64,000 nt of DNA from Candidatus Eiseniibacteriota bacterium. GTDB lineage: Bacteria > Eisenbacteria > RBG-16-71-46. The position numbers were made by a program, and so were the translations under genes. The first letter of the stretch is position 1, and each line of letters opens with the position of its first letter. Shown piece after piece: positions 13,350 to 23,386 of the stretch. The notes under the pieces were generated by a model. The model saw only the letters and a list, made by a program, of their open reading frames with translations, had not been told where the DNA came from and ran no database searches. Location of the stretch: positions 96,001 to 160,000 of the forward strand of contig CAVZLN010000006.1 in the NCBI GenBank assembly GCA_963776245.1, given 5' to 3'.

Positions 13350-14546
13350 TCAGGCGGTCTGCGGCGCCAACGGATCGTCCGGCCGGCTGTCACGCGCCGA
13401 CCAACGGAAGAACACGACACTCATGATGACCCACCAGAACAGCCCGCCCGGGATCCACATGATCAGGCCGCCGAGGAGCTGATCGTCGAGCGCCGACATC
13501 CCCATGAAGCGCGGGGCGAGCAGATACCAGTCGTAGAGCGGCTGCCGGGCGAACACGATCAGCGCGGCGACCGCCATCATCGGCACGCCGAGCAGGAACA
13601 GATACAGCATCTGGGCGCCCGACGTCACGGGATGGCGCACCGCCGCCCCGCCCACGATCGGCCACCACATCAACATCGCCGTCGCCATCACCATCAGGTG
13701 CATCACGATGTGGAAGTCGTGCTGCCGCATCATCAGGTTGTACAGCACCGGCACGTGCCACATGGAGAACACCACGGTGTACAGGATGAACCCCACCGGC
13801 ACCCGGGTGAGCCAGCCCCACGCGGCGCCGACGCCCCGCGGCCGGAGCAGCGCGCGCCACAGCCACGGCGGCACTCCGAGCAGGAACAGCGGCGGGAACA
13901 ACTGCGCGAGGATCAGGTGCTGGACCATGTGGGTGCTGAACAGATAGCGGTCGCTCAGGTCGTGCAGCGGACCGTTCAGCGCGAGCACCACCACCGCCAT
14001 CGAACCGAGGAACAGCGCCACCCGTCCGCGCTCCAGATGGCCGCTGCCACCGAGACGCTGGCGCCACGGCCCGAGGGCGAGCAGGTGGAACAGCGCGAGC
14101 AGGCCGCAGCCGAGGAGCACCGACCATTCCCAGTGCCACGGCCACCACGTGTAGGCCGGGGCCGGCTGCTCGCGCCACGGCCACGAGTCGGTGATCGCGA
14201 GCGCCGCGCTGCCGAAGGCGCGCCACACCTTCGCCTTGACCGCGAAGGTGTCGCCGAGCGCGTCGAGGAACCCCTGCCTCGGGTCCTGCCAGTGGGTCTG
14301 CCCGATGACGGTGTAGAGCCGGCGCTGGCGAAGGTCGAGGAAGTACATGCCCTGCTCGACGCGCCCGCGCACCAGCGCGCACTGCTTCTGCGCGGTGCCC
14401 TGCATGCCGTGCTGGAACGTGCACACCGGATCCACGAATTCGCCGACGAGGTACAGCGTGTCGGCGTTCGCGTCACCCGGGCCCGCCTGCACCGCCGGCG
14501 CCCAGAACATCGCCAGCAGCGCGAGAACCGCGCACCACACTCTCAC
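13350..14546 (-). CDS. ctaG: cytochrome c oxidase assembly protein CtaG (caa3_CtaG type) fused to an N-terminal periplasmic domain
   Basis: AGGAG before GTG 14546, signal peptide; YLFSTHMVQHLIL, WHVPVLY, MHLMVM, DDQLLGGLIMWIPG. Confidence 0.75.
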   Translation of the reverse strand: MRVWCAVLALLAMFWAPAVQAGPGDANADTLYLVGEFVDPVCTFQHGMQGTAQKQCALVRGRVEQGMYFLDLRQRRLYTVIGQTHWQDPRQGFLDALGDTFAVKAKVWRAFGSAALAITDSWPWREQPAPAYTWWPWHWEWSVLLGCGLLALFHLLALGPWRQRLGGSGHLERGRVALFLGSMAVVVLALNGPLHDLSDRYLFSTHMVQHLILAQLFPPLFLLGVPPWLWRALLRPRGVGAAWGWLTRVPVGFILYTVVFSMWHVPVLYNLMMRQHDFHIVMHLMVMATAMLMWWPIVGGAAVRHPVTSGAQMLYLFLLGVPMMAVAALIVFARQPLYDWYLLAPRFMGMSALDDQLLGGLIMWIPGGLFWWVIMSVVFFRWSARDSRPDDPLAPQTA

Positions 14547-14715
14547 GCACACTCCTGGAGGTTCGGCCACGTCCGGGTGGAGGGTCCGGCCAGGCATTGT
14601 AGCGAAAACCGGCGACAAACCGGAACGACCGGCTGGGGGGAAATCCAGCCGGAGGCCGGGACGCCGGTCCGCGGCCCCGCCCTCCCCGCCGATCCCTCCC
14701 CGGGTTCTCCCCGGG

Positions 14716-16104
14716 TCACGCCGGAGGGGTGGCCTTCTTGCGGGCCGCCGCCTCCATCGCCTTGCGCAGCGCGATCGCCATGGTGGTCAGTTCGGCCGGC
14801 GCGGCCGGCGGCGGCGGGGCCGCGGGTGGCGTGGCCGGGGGCGCCGGGCGCGCGGGCGCGGGGCCGCGCGTGGATGCCGGGCCGCGCGTGGACGCCCGGG
14901 CGCCGCCCGGGCGCGGCGGGTCCGCGGACGCCGCGGCCGGCGGCAGCGAGGCCGCCAGCAGTTCCTTGATCGAGAGCGAGATGCGCTTCTTCTCGGGCTC
15001 GACGGCGAGCACCACCGCCTCGACCTCCTGCCCGGGAGTGAGCACCTCCTTCACGTGGCCGATCCGGTGGAGGGCCACCTGCGAGACATGCACCAGGCCG
15101 TCGAGGCCGGGCTCCAGCGTCACGAACGCGCCGAAGTCGGTCAGCCGCGCGACCACGCCGCGCACCCGGCTGCCGACCGCGATGCGCCCGCCGACCCCGG
15201 TCCACGGGTCGGGCGCGCACGCCTTGATCGAGAGCGCGATGCGCGGGCGACCGTCCTTGCCGGTCTCGATGCGCATCACCTTCACCTTCACCGTCTCGCC
15301 CTGGCGCAGCGCCTCCTGCGGGTGATTCAGCCGCTCGTGGCGGATCTCGGAGACGTGCACCATGCCGTCCACCCCGCCCAGGTCCACGAACGCCCCGAAC
15401 GCCTCGAGGCGCGCCACGCGGCCTTCGCGCTCGTCGCCCACCTTCAGCGTGGCGAGCACCTGCCGCGCGGCCTCCTCCTCCGCCTTGCGCAGCAGGGCGC
15501 GGCGCGAGAGCACCGCGCCGCCGCGGCCCTCCTCGACCGCGGTGACCACGAACTCGAGCGTGCGCCCGACGTACACCGCGGGATCGGCGCAGAAGCCGGA
15601 CTCGATCTGGGACATCGGGCAGAACCCGCGCGCCCCGCCGAGGTCCACCTGCAGTCCGCCGGCATTGTGCCCGGTCACCTTCCCGCTCACCGGCACGCCG
15701 CTCGCGCGCGCCTCGCGCATCTGGCGCAACGCCGCGTGCGCGTCGGCGCGGATCGAGGGAGCGAGCACGATCTGGTCGCCGGCCTCCACCACGAACAGCT
15801 CGAGTGTCTCGCCGACCGCGATCGTGGGCGTGCCGTCCTCGGCGCGATAGTGGCGCGTCTCGACCACCGCCTCGCTGCGGCCGCCGAAGTCCACCAGGAT
15901 GTGCTCCGCCCCCACCGACACCACCTTGCCCGACACCTTGGTGCCCACGGTCACGTCCACCGACGCGCGGGCGGCGGCGCGCGCCGAGCCCTTGCCGCGC
16001 TCGAACTCCTCGAGCGCGCTGGCAAAGCCGTCCGAGGGAGTGTCCTCGTCGGGATCGGGGACGGGAGCGGGCGGCGGGTCCACGGGAATCGAGTCGGGCG
16101 TCAT
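14716..16104 (-). CDS. S1 RNA-binding domain protein (RpsA-like paralogue, 4 S1 domains)
   Basis: repeated S1 motifs GGLQVDLGGARGFCPMSQI, FGAFVDLGGVDGMVHVSEI, FGAFVTLEPGLDGLVHVSQV, RISLSIK; Pro/Ala-rich tail. Confidence 0.85.
   Translation of the reverse strand: MTPDSIPVDPPPAPVPDPDEDTPSDGFASALEEFERGKGSARAAARASVDVTVGTKVSGKVVSVGAEHILVDFGGRSEAVVETRHYRAEDGTPTIAVGETLELFVVEAGDQIVLAPSIRADAHAALRQMREARASGVPVSGKVTGHNAGGLQVDLGGARGFCPMSQIESGFCADPAVYVGRTLEFVVTAVEEGRGGAVLSRRALLRKAEEEAARQVLATLKVGDEREGRVARLEAFGAFVDLGGVDGMVHVSEIRHERLNHPQEALRQGETVKVKVMRIETGKDGRPRIALSIKACAPDPWTGVGGRIAVGSRVRGVVARLTDFGAFVTLEPGLDGLVHVSQVALHRIGHVKEVLTPGQEVEAVVLAVEPEKKRISLSIKELLAASLPPAAASADPPRPGGARASTRGPASTRGPAPARPAPPATPPAAPPPPAAPAELTTMAIALRKAMEAAARKKATPPA
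14861..14896. repeat. 18-bp tandem repeat x2 encoding ASTRGP in the S1 protein tail
   Basis: gggccgcgcgtggatgcc gggccgcgcgtggacgcc. Confidence 0.7.
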
Positions 16105-16328
16105 CGGTGAGTCCTGGCGAAGGCGGAGGAGGGCGCGCGGCACGCGGGCCGGCTGCGGTCGGCGGACTTCCGCGCTATCATGCGGCGGTCCGCGGACGGG
16201 AAGGTAGCAGGAGCGGCCCGTCCTGTCCCAGCATGCCAGCGTCGCGGCCCCCGCCGCGACGCCCTGCGTGTCCCGCACTGTCGACCTGCCGCGGCCCGCC
16301 TGGTCCGCACGGCAAGGGGGAGCTTGAT

Positions 16329-17780
16329 ATGGCGAGCGCCATCGAAGGACTCGAGCCCGCAGCCCTGTGGAAGCATTTCGCCGCGCTGTCCCGTGTCCCG
16401 CGCGGCTCGAAGAACGAGAAGGCCGCCGCGGCCTTCGTGATCGCCCACGCCCGGGCGCTCGGACTGCCGTGGGCGCAGGACGCGGTCGGCAACGTGGTGG
16501 TGCGCAAGCCGGCCGCCGCGGGACGCGAGCAGGCGCCCATGGTGTGCCTGCAGGGCCACCTCGACATGGTGTGCGAGAAGCGCCCCGAGGTCGTGCACGA
16601 CTTCACCAGGGACCCGATCGTGCTGGTGCGCGCGGGCGACCTGATGCGGGCCGCCGGCACCACTCTCGGCGCCGACAACGGCGTGGCGGTCGCGACCTTC
16701 CTCGCCATCATGGAGGACCGCTCGCTCGAGCACGGGCCGCTCGAGTTCCTGTTCACCATCGACGAGGAGACCGGGCTCACCGGGGCGCAGTCCCTCGAGC
16801 CCGGCTTCCTGAAGAGCGGCATCCTGCTCAACCTCGATTCCGAGGAGGAGGGCGCGCTCTACGTCGGCTGCTCCGGCGGGCGCGACAGCACCGGCAGCTG
16901 GGCCCTCGCGACCGATCCGGTGCCGGCCGGCGCGGTGGCGCTCGAGCTCAAGGTCGGCGGCCTGCGCGGCGGGCACTCCGGACTCGAGATCGACAAGGGC
17001 CGCGGCAACGCCATCAAGATCCTCGCCCGCGCCGTGGCGCGCGCCGCCGACTTCGGCGGACGCCTGGCGCGCATCGACGGCGGCAACAAGCGCAACGCCA
17101 TCCCGCGCGACGCCGCGGCGCTGGTGTTCGTGCCGAAGGCGAAGGCCGCCGAGGCGCGCGAGGCGGTGGCGGCGTTCGGCGTCCTCGCGCGCGCGGAGCT
17201 CGCCACCGTCGAGCCCGACCTCCAAGTCACCGCCGAGCCGGTGCGCGCCCGCGGCAAGGTGTTCCGGCGCGCGCTCCAGCGGAACGTGCTGCGCACCCTT
17301 CAGGCGCTGCCGCACGGCGTCATCAAGATGAGCGCGGAGATCCCGTGGCTGGTCGAGACCTCGACCAACGTCGCGGTGGTCACCACCGCCAGGAAGAGCG
17401 TCTCGATCGCCACCAGCCAGCGCAGCTCGGTGGAGTCCGAGATCCACGACATCGTCGCCACCGTGACCGCGGTGTTCGAGCTCGGCGGCGCCGACGTCAG
17501 CGGCTCCGACGGCTACCCCGGCTGGAAGCCCAACCTCGACTCCCCCATCCTCAAGACCGCGAAGCGCGTCTACCGCGAGTTCGCCGGCAAGGAGCCCGAG
17601 GTCAAGGCCATCCACGCCGGACTCGAGTGCGGCATCATCGGCGAGCGCTATCCCGGGATGGACATGGTCTCGTTCGGCCCCACCCTCGAGGGCGTGCACT
17701 CGCCCGACGAACAGATCCACATCGGCTCGGTCGAGCGCTACTGGCACTACCTGCTGGCCCTGCTGAAGAGCGTGAGGTAG
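16329..17780 (+). CDS. pepD: aminoacyl-histidine dipeptidase (peptidase M20C)
   Basis: LQGHLDMVCEK, TTLGADNGVAVA, FTIDEETGLTGA, NLDSEEEG, GGHSG, IHAGLECG, VHSPDE. Confidence 0.92.
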   Translation: MASAIEGLEPAALWKHFAALSRVPRGSKNEKAAAAFVIAHARALGLPWAQDAVGNVVVRKPAAAGREQAPMVCLQGHLDMVCEKRPEVVHDFTRDPIVLVRAGDLMRAAGTTLGADNGVAVATFLAIMEDRSLEHGPLEFLFTIDEETGLTGAQSLEPGFLKSGILLNLDSEEEGALYVGCSGGRDSTGSWALATDPVPAGAVALELKVGGLRGGHSGLEIDKGRGNAIKILARAVARAADFGGRLARIDGGNKRNAIPRDAAALVFVPKAKAAEAREAVAAFGVLARAELATVEPDLQVTAEPVRARGKVFRRALQRNVLRTLQALPHGVIKMSAEIPWLVETSTNVAVVTTARKSVSIATSQRSSVESEIHDIVATVTAVFELGGADVSGSDGYPGWKPNLDSPILKTAKRVYREFAGKEPEVKAIHAGLECGIIGERYPGMDMVSFGPTLEGVHSPDEQIHIGSVERYWHYLLALLKSVR

Positions 17781-17790
17781 CGGCTCAGCC

Positions 17791-19429
17791 CTATCGCCCC
17801 GCCAGTTCGTCCACGAACAGAGCCGGATCGAGCGCCCGCCCGGTGACGCGCACCACCGTGCCGCGCCAGTCCTGCGTGCGTCCCGGCGCGTACAGCCGCT
17901 CGCGCAGGAAGGCGCCCACCGCCGGGCTCTCGACCAATCGCTCCCACGCGTCCGCGCCCCCGCCCAGCACCTCGCTCAGCAGGTGTCGCTGCAACTGGGA
18001 AGCCATCATCTCGCCGAGCAGGTAGTTCTGGTAGTACACCGGCGCGATGCTGAAGTGGATCTTGCTCGCCCAGTCCGGGGCGTCGCGCCCCTCCGGGCGC
18101 CTCACCCACTGGAAGCGCTCCACCAGTTCCCACCACAGCGAGCGCAGGTCCTGCGACGGGTCCCTGTAGAGCGCCCGCTCCATGTGGCACATCACCAGTT
18201 CCCAGCGCGTCTGCACCAGCAGCTGATCGCGCGTCGCGCGGGCGCAGGCGGCCGCCGCGGCGCGCGCCTCGGCCGGCAGGCATGCCCGCCCAGCGCGCCA
18301 GCCACGCCGGGTTGCGGGTCAGCCGCCCGAAGAGCATCGCGCTCGCCTCGGTGGTGAGCGTGTGCGCCGGCCCGCGCAGCACCCACGGCAGCGCGCGGTC
18401 CACGCCGATGTCGTACACCGCGTGCCCGAGTTCGTGGAGCAGCGTGCTCATCCAGTATTCGTCCGGCTGCAGATTGCAGAGCACCCGCACGTCGTCGCCG
18501 CGGTCCACCGACAGGCAGAACGCGTGCGGGCACTTCCCCGCCTTCTCGTAGAGGTCCGAGCGCGCCAGCACCTCGCGGACCGGCAGCCCGATGGTCTCGA
18601 AGAAGCGCGCCGCCAGCTCCTCGAGCGAGGCCTGCGCGAACCACCGCGACGGGTCGAGGCCCGCGGCCGGGGCCTCCTGGAAGAACGGGTCGCTGAAGTG
18701 CCAGGGCCGCAGGTCGCGGGACGCCACCCCGAAGCGCCGGCCCAGTTCCCCGTCCAGCCCGGCCCGGTAGGCCTCGAACAGCGGGCGCGTGCCGCGGTCC
18801 ACCTCGTCGAGCAGGGCGAACAATCCGGCCTCGTCGAGCTCGTCGAGCGCCAGCATCATCGAGTAGTAGTCGTCCTCCCCCATCGCGCGCGCGGCCTCGT
18901 TGCGCTCGCGCACCAGCGCGAGCAGGTCGGCCTCGACCTCGGCGCCGACCTGCTTGGAGGCCTCCCACGCCCGCCGGCGCGCCGCGACATCGCCGGACTC
19001 GCGCAGCACCCGCTTGAGCGCGTTGTCCCCCACGCGCTCGCCGTCGAGATCGGCGCGGAAGTTGTTGAAGCGGCTCTCGAGCGACTTCTCCAGCCGCACC
19101 ATGCGCTCGATCCGGTCGGGCGCGATCTGCTGCGCCTGGTAGGCGTGCAGCAGCAGCACCGACTGGCGCTGCAGCCGCTCGTCCTCCACCCCGCCCGCGG
19201 CGTGGAGCGCGCGCAGGAACGCGTACGGCTCGGTCCGCGCGTGCAGCCGCCGCAGGGCGGCGTCGAGGCGCGCGCTCTCCTCCTCGTGCTCCTTCCTTCC
19301 GGTCACGTTGGCGAGCCACGCCTGTTCGTTGTGGCGGCGGCTCAGCGGCTCGGCCTCGGCGACGTGGCGGGCGATCAGCTCGGCCAGCGCGGATCCTCGC
19401 GCCGCGGCGGTGTCGGACAGGGTCTCCAC
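17791..19429 (-). CDS. zinc metallopeptidase M2/M3 family (peptidyl-dipeptidase/oligoendopeptidase-like); frameshift near 18270
   Basis: SDLYEKAGKCPHAFC, TLLHELGHAVY (HExxH), LTTEASAMLF; C-terminal part WASKIHFSIAPVYYQNYLLGE in ORF 17791-18216. Confidence 0.85.
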
Positions 19430-19461
19430 GGGATCTCCGGGCCGCCGGGGGCGGCGCTGCC

Positions 19462-20271
19462 TCAGCCGGTGACGAGCCGCCGGTAGAACGCCGGGCGGCG
19501 AGTGGTGAAGAGGTGGGTGAGCGGGGTGAGCGCCTTGTCGCGCGCGAGCGACAGGTCACAGTCGGCGGCGCGGGCGCAGGTGGCGCGCGCTCCGGCCCGC
19601 GCCAGCACGCGCTCGCGCGGATCGACGATCTGGCTGCGCCCGGTGAAGGCGACGCGCCCCCCGGGCCGATCGTCGGCCCCGGTGCGGTTGGCGGTCACCA
19701 CGAACACGCGATTCTCGAGCGCGCGGATCACCATGATGCGCTGGGCGTCGGGGAACACCAGGTTCGAAGGATGGGCGATCACGTCCGCGCCCAGCAGCGC
19801 GAGCACGCGCGCCGCCTCGGGGAAGCGCCAGTCGAAGCAGATCAGCATGCCGACCTTGGCCGCGCCCACGCGATGCACCGCGAACGGGATGTCCCCGGGC
19901 AGGAACCACAGCCGCTCACGCTCGAACAGATGCACCTTCCGGTAGACCGCCCTCACCCCCGACGGCCCGACCAGCATCGCGCTGTTGTAGTAGCGCCCGC
20001 GGCACACCTCGGGGAAGCCCGCGACCAGGTGCCGGCGCTCGCGGCGCGCCGCGGCACGCAGCATCCGCGCGGTGAGCCCGGTGGCGGCGTCCTCGGCGAG
20101 TGCCGCGACCTCGGCGTGGCTCGAGAACACGTATCCCGAGGACCACAGTTCGGGGAGCACCACGAGATCGGCGGGGGTGGTGGCGGCGAGCGCCAGACCG
20201 TGCTCGAGGTTCTGCTCCGGCCGGCCGAAGCGCGGACGGCCCTGCACGAACGCGACGCGGAACGGGATCAC
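19462..20271 (-). CDS. nitrilase / carbon-nitrogen hydrolase family protein
   Basis: catalytic E-K-C context: LVVLPELW, YRKVHLF, GMLICFDWRFPE, ANRTG. Confidence 0.9.
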   Translation of the reverse strand: MIPFRVAFVQGRPRFGRPEQNLEHGLALAATTPADLVVLPELWSSGYVFSSHAEVAALAEDAATGLTARMLRAAARRERRHLVAGFPEVCRGRYYNSAMLVGPSGVRAVYRKVHLFERERLWFLPGDIPFAVHRVGAAKVGMLICFDWRFPEAARVLALLGADVIAHPSNLVFPDAQRIMVIRALENRVFVVTANRTGADDRPGGRVAFTGRSQIVDPRERVLARAGARATCARAADCDLSLARDKALTPLTHLFTTRRPAFYRRLVTG

Positions 20272-20277
20272 GGGAGG

Positions 20278-20306
20278 ACCCTACCGAGTCCGTCCGCGAC
20301 CGGCAA
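20278..20306 (-). promoter_or_regulatory. sigma70-type promoter TTGCCG-N17-TAGGGT, 6 nt before the GTG start (leaderless)
   Basis: hexamers read on the minus strand upstream of 20271. Confidence 0.5.
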
Positions 20307-20331
20307 ACGCTCCGGACGCGCCGCCGCGCGA

Positions 20332-20859
20332 TCAGGCGGCGTTGCTCTCGCCCAGGTCCATCCCGTCGCCCGTGAGCGGCGCGCCGGCGCTCTCGGTGAG
20401 GCGCACCTCGACCACCGCGGCGGCGTTCACCAGGTGGACGCCGGTGCCGGTGAGCAGCACGAAGAAACCCGCGCCCTGCATGTTCATGAAGTCCGAGAGG
20501 CGCTGCGTGGGGCGGTGCAGCGGGGTCCACACCCGGCCCTCGAGCGTGGTGCCGTCGAGCATCACGACCTCGGCCGGCTCCTCCCGCCACGGGTCGAACC
20601 CGCGCGCGAACACGTCGCTCTGGACCACCTGCCGCCCGGCGGTCACGCGCAGCAGGCGACTGCGGTTGAACAGGTGGACGCGGCCCTCGACGCCCATCGC
20701 GACCGGCAGGAAGCGCGCGGTCTCGTTGACCTTCTCGTGGATGGTCTGGTGGCGGCCGCGCGCGGCGTCGAGATCGAGGAAGATCTGGCCCTGCACGCTC
20801 TGGCCATCGACCGGCCACAGCGTGACGGGGATGCGGCGCTTGGGGATGTAGTGGTCCAT
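20332..20859 (-). CDS. hypothetical protein with two tandem Sm-like (DUF6812-like) modules
   Basis: AGGAG before ATG 20859; internal duplication: SVQGQIFL...KVNETARFLPV...HLFNRSRLLRV and TLEGRVW...RLSDFMN...FFVL...HLVNAAAVVEV. Confidence 0.6.
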   Translation of the reverse strand: MDHYIPKRRIPVTLWPVDGQSVQGQIFLDLDAARGRHQTIHEKVNETARFLPVAMGVEGRVHLFNRSRLLRVTAGRQVVQSDVFARGFDPWREEPAEVVMLDGTTLEGRVWTPLHRPTQRLSDFMNMQGAGFFVLLTGTGVHLVNAAAVVEVRLTESAGAPLTGDGMDLGESNAA

Positions 20860-20969
20860 TCGGGCCTCGTGCTCTCCTGTGCGGTGTGCTCGCGTGCGTG
20901 CGCGGCGGATCGGGCGGCGCCGCCGCCCCGTCGCGGGCCGGCGCGGGCCCTTCCGGGGCCGCCGTCCTA

Positions 20970-20985
20970 TGCAACCCCTCTGCCG
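20970..20985 (-). promoter_or_regulatory. sigma54 (-24/-12) promoter CGGCAGA-GGGG-TTGCA
   Basis: GG-N10-GC spacing with TTGCA, about 110 nt upstream of the 20859 start. Confidence 0.6.
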
Positions 20986-21086
20986 GAAGGGGTCCGGCCT
21001 CGCCACCGCCGCGGCTCCGGTCCGCGCTGCGCGCGCGCGCGGAGTTGCGGCTGGCGCCCGGTGCGGCCGGACGCGTGCGCCCCGGC

Positions 21087-21111
21087 CGCGGATTGCGGAA
21101 CGCAATCCGCG
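21087..21111. promoter_or_regulatory. perfect palindrome CGCGGATTGCG-GAA-CGCAATCCGCG, candidate activator binding site
   Basis: 11-bp arms with 3-nt spacer, about 100 bp upstream of the sigma54 site. Confidence 0.45.
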
Positions 21112-21234
21112 CGCGCCGCGCGGACGCCGTACTGCACGGTCGCGCGGCGTCCACCACCGACTGCGCAGCCCGCGCACGCGGGCGCGTCGCGCCGCGGCGC
21201 GGGGCGCGCGCGGCGCTCTGCTACACTCGCCGCC

Positions 21235-22596
21235 ATGATGGATCGTGTCACCCAGCCACCGCGCGGCGGTCGCCGCGCGCGCCGCGAGACCCGCTCGCCG
21301 GCCGCCTCGTGGGGGCTGATGTTCGCCGTGGCGCTGGTCCTGCGCGTCGCCTGCGCGTGGCTCGCGGTCGGCCCGGGAGCGGTGCCCTACGGCGACGAGG
21401 CCACCTACCACGCCGTGGCGGCGAACCTGGCGCGCGGCGTCGGGTTCTCCCTCGGCGGCGCGGCCGGCCTTCCCACCGCCTTCGTGCCCCCGGTGTTGCC
21501 GTGGCTGGTGAGCGTGCTCTACCGGCTCACCGGCGCCGACTACTTCGCGGCGGTGCTGCTCCAGTGCGTGCTCGGCGCGCTCACTCCCCTGCTCCTCGCG
21601 GCGCTCGGCGGCGCGCTCGTCGGCTCCGGCACCGGCCGCGTCGCGGGCTGGCTCGCGGCGGTCCACCCGCTGCTGGTGTTCTTCTCCGGCCACCTGCTGA
21701 CCGAGACCGCGTTCACCGTGACCGTGCTGCTCGCGCTGCTGGCGTCGGTGGCGTGGATCAAGGAGCCGCGCCCGGGCCGCTCGCTGGGCACCGGGCTGCT
21801 GTGGGGCCTGGCCGCGCTCACGCGCCCGACCGCGCTGGCGCTGCCGCTGGTGGTCGCGGCGTGGGCCTGGGTGCCGCTCGGCCTGCTGCTCGGCGGCCGG
21901 GCCCGCGCGCGTCAGCTGGCGCTGCTCCTGCTGGGGGTGGTCCTGGCGGTGGCGCCGTGGACGGCGCGCAATGGGCTCGCGCTCCATGCGCTGGTGCCGG
22001 TCACGACCGGCGGCGGGCGCGCGCTGCTCGACGGCAACAACCCGGTGGCGTGGTCCGATCCGGGCGGGCGCGGCGGCGCCACCAGCGCGTTCGAACGCGA
22101 GCCCTACGCGACGCGTTTCAGGGGCAGGAGCGAGCCCGAGGTCGACCGCCTCGCGCGTGACGAGGCGCTCGGCTTCCTGCGCGCGCATCTGGCGGAGTGG
22201 CCGGCGATGGCGGCCGCCAAGCTCGGGCGCTTCTGGCGGATCTCCGCCGAGGGAGGCGGCACCGGCACCTGGCAGCGCGCGGGCTCACCCTTCGCCGCGC
22301 TGCTCGCGCGCCTCGACCCGCTGCGAGCGTGGTCGGTGGTGATGTTCCCGCTGGCGCTGTGGGGGCTGGTGGTCCTCGCGCGCTCGCCGCGCCGTTGGTT
22401 CCTCTCGCTCCCGCTGCTGGTGGTGCTCTACTTCAGCGCGCTGGCGGTGGTGTTCTGGGGCGCGCTGCGCATGCGGGTCCCCGCGGAGCCGCTGGTGCTG
22501 CTGTTCGCCGCCGTCGGGATCGACAGCGCGTGGCGCCGCTGGCGACCGCGGCCGCCGGGCCTGCGGGTGATCGAGGGGACGCGTCCGAGCGCCTGA
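21235..22596 (+). CDS. membrane glycosyltransferase, GT39/ArnT (PMT_2) family
   Basis: YGDEATYHAVAANLARGVGF, HLLTETAF, LAALTRP, PWTARN, RMRVPAEP; many TM helices. Confidence 0.8.
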   Translation: MMDRVTQPPRGGRRARRETRSPAASWGLMFAVALVLRVACAWLAVGPGAVPYGDEATYHAVAANLARGVGFSLGGAAGLPTAFVPPVLPWLVSVLYRLTGADYFAAVLLQCVLGALTPLLLAALGGALVGSGTGRVAGWLAAVHPLLVFFSGHLLTETAFTVTVLLALLASVAWIKEPRPGRSLGTGLLWGLAALTRPTALALPLVVAAWAWVPLGLLLGGRARARQLALLLLGVVLAVAPWTARNGLALHALVPVTTGGGRALLDGNNPVAWSDPGGRGGATSAFEREPYATRFRGRSEPEVDRLARDEALGFLRAHLAEWPAMAAAKLGRFWRISAEGGGTGTWQRAGSPFAALLARLDPLRAWSVVMFPLALWGLVVLARSPRRWFLSLPLLVVLYFSALAVVFWGALRMRVPAEPLVLLFAAVGIDSAWRRWRPRPPGLRVIEGTRPSA

Positions 22597-22618
22597 GCGA
22601 TCGCGGCGCGGCGGCGGC

Positions 22619-23293
22619 TCACCGGTTGGGAAGGACGCTCACCACCCGGAAGCGGAAGGTGTACACGCGCGGCTGGTTGTCGATCCGGCACGCCACGTCC
22701 ACCCCGAACTCCCGCCCGGAGTACTGCGGCGCGTTCTCGTCCTCGGGCAGCAGCGCGCGGTGGAGCTGCCGGTCCGCGCCCGCCGGATCGAACATGTAGT
22801 CGATCGGGAACAGATAGTCGCCGTAGCGCTGGAGGCCGAGGATCTGGGTCGAGGGCTGGGTGCCGTAGCGGTCCCGCCACGTGGTGCTGGCGTGCGCGGC
22901 GCGGCCGACGTTGCCGTGCGGGTCGGCGAACAGGCACTTGTCCCAGTCGATCCATACCGGCTTGTCGGTCCGGTTCTCGATCTGGAAGAACAGCACGTCG
23001 GGGGTGGGCCGGAAGTAGAACGAGAGCTCGCGGTCCTGGAACACGAACCGCTCGCTGCTGGGCTCGACCTGCCGGAAGCGGTAGCGGTAGAGCGCGTCGG
23101 CGCTGCCGGTGGTGGCGCCCACCGAGTCGGCCGAGCCGCTCAACATGCGACCGAAGCCCATCTCGGTGTTGTCCGTGCCGGCATTCTGCGGCGGGACCGG
23201 AGCGGATTCCGGCGCCGGACCGGCCGAGCATCCGGATAGGAGCGCCGCGAGCAGGACGGCGGCCGCGAGCCATGCGAATCGGGGCGTACGCAT
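22619..23293 (-). CDS. hypothetical lipoprotein
   Basis: signal peptide with lipobox LLSGC; beta-rich body IENRTDKPVWIDWD. Confidence 0.7.
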   Translation of the reverse strand: MRTPRFAWLAAAVLLAALLSGCSAGPAPESAPVPPQNAGTDNTEMGFGRMLSGSADSVGATTGSADALYRYRFRQVEPSSERFVFQDRELSFYFRPTPDVLFFQIENRTDKPVWIDWDKCLFADPHGNVGRAAHASTTWRDRYGTQPSTQILGLQRYGDYLFPIDYMFDPAGADRQLHRALLPEDENAPQYSGREFGVDVACRIDNQPRVYTFRFRVVSVLPNR

Positions 23294-23300
23294 CGGCGGC

Positions 23301-23330
23301 AGACTAGACCTCGCCGCCGACGAGGGTCAA
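23301..23330 (-). promoter_or_regulatory. sigma70-type promoter TTGACC-N18-TAGTCT, 7 nt before ATG (leaderless)
   Basis: almost the same -10/start context (TAGTCTGCCGCC) as the BMC-T promoter. Confidence 0.6.
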
Positions 23331-23386
23331 GTCCGCCGCGGCACCGGCGCATCGGCGGGCGCGCGCCCACCCCGCGCCGGTCGCTC

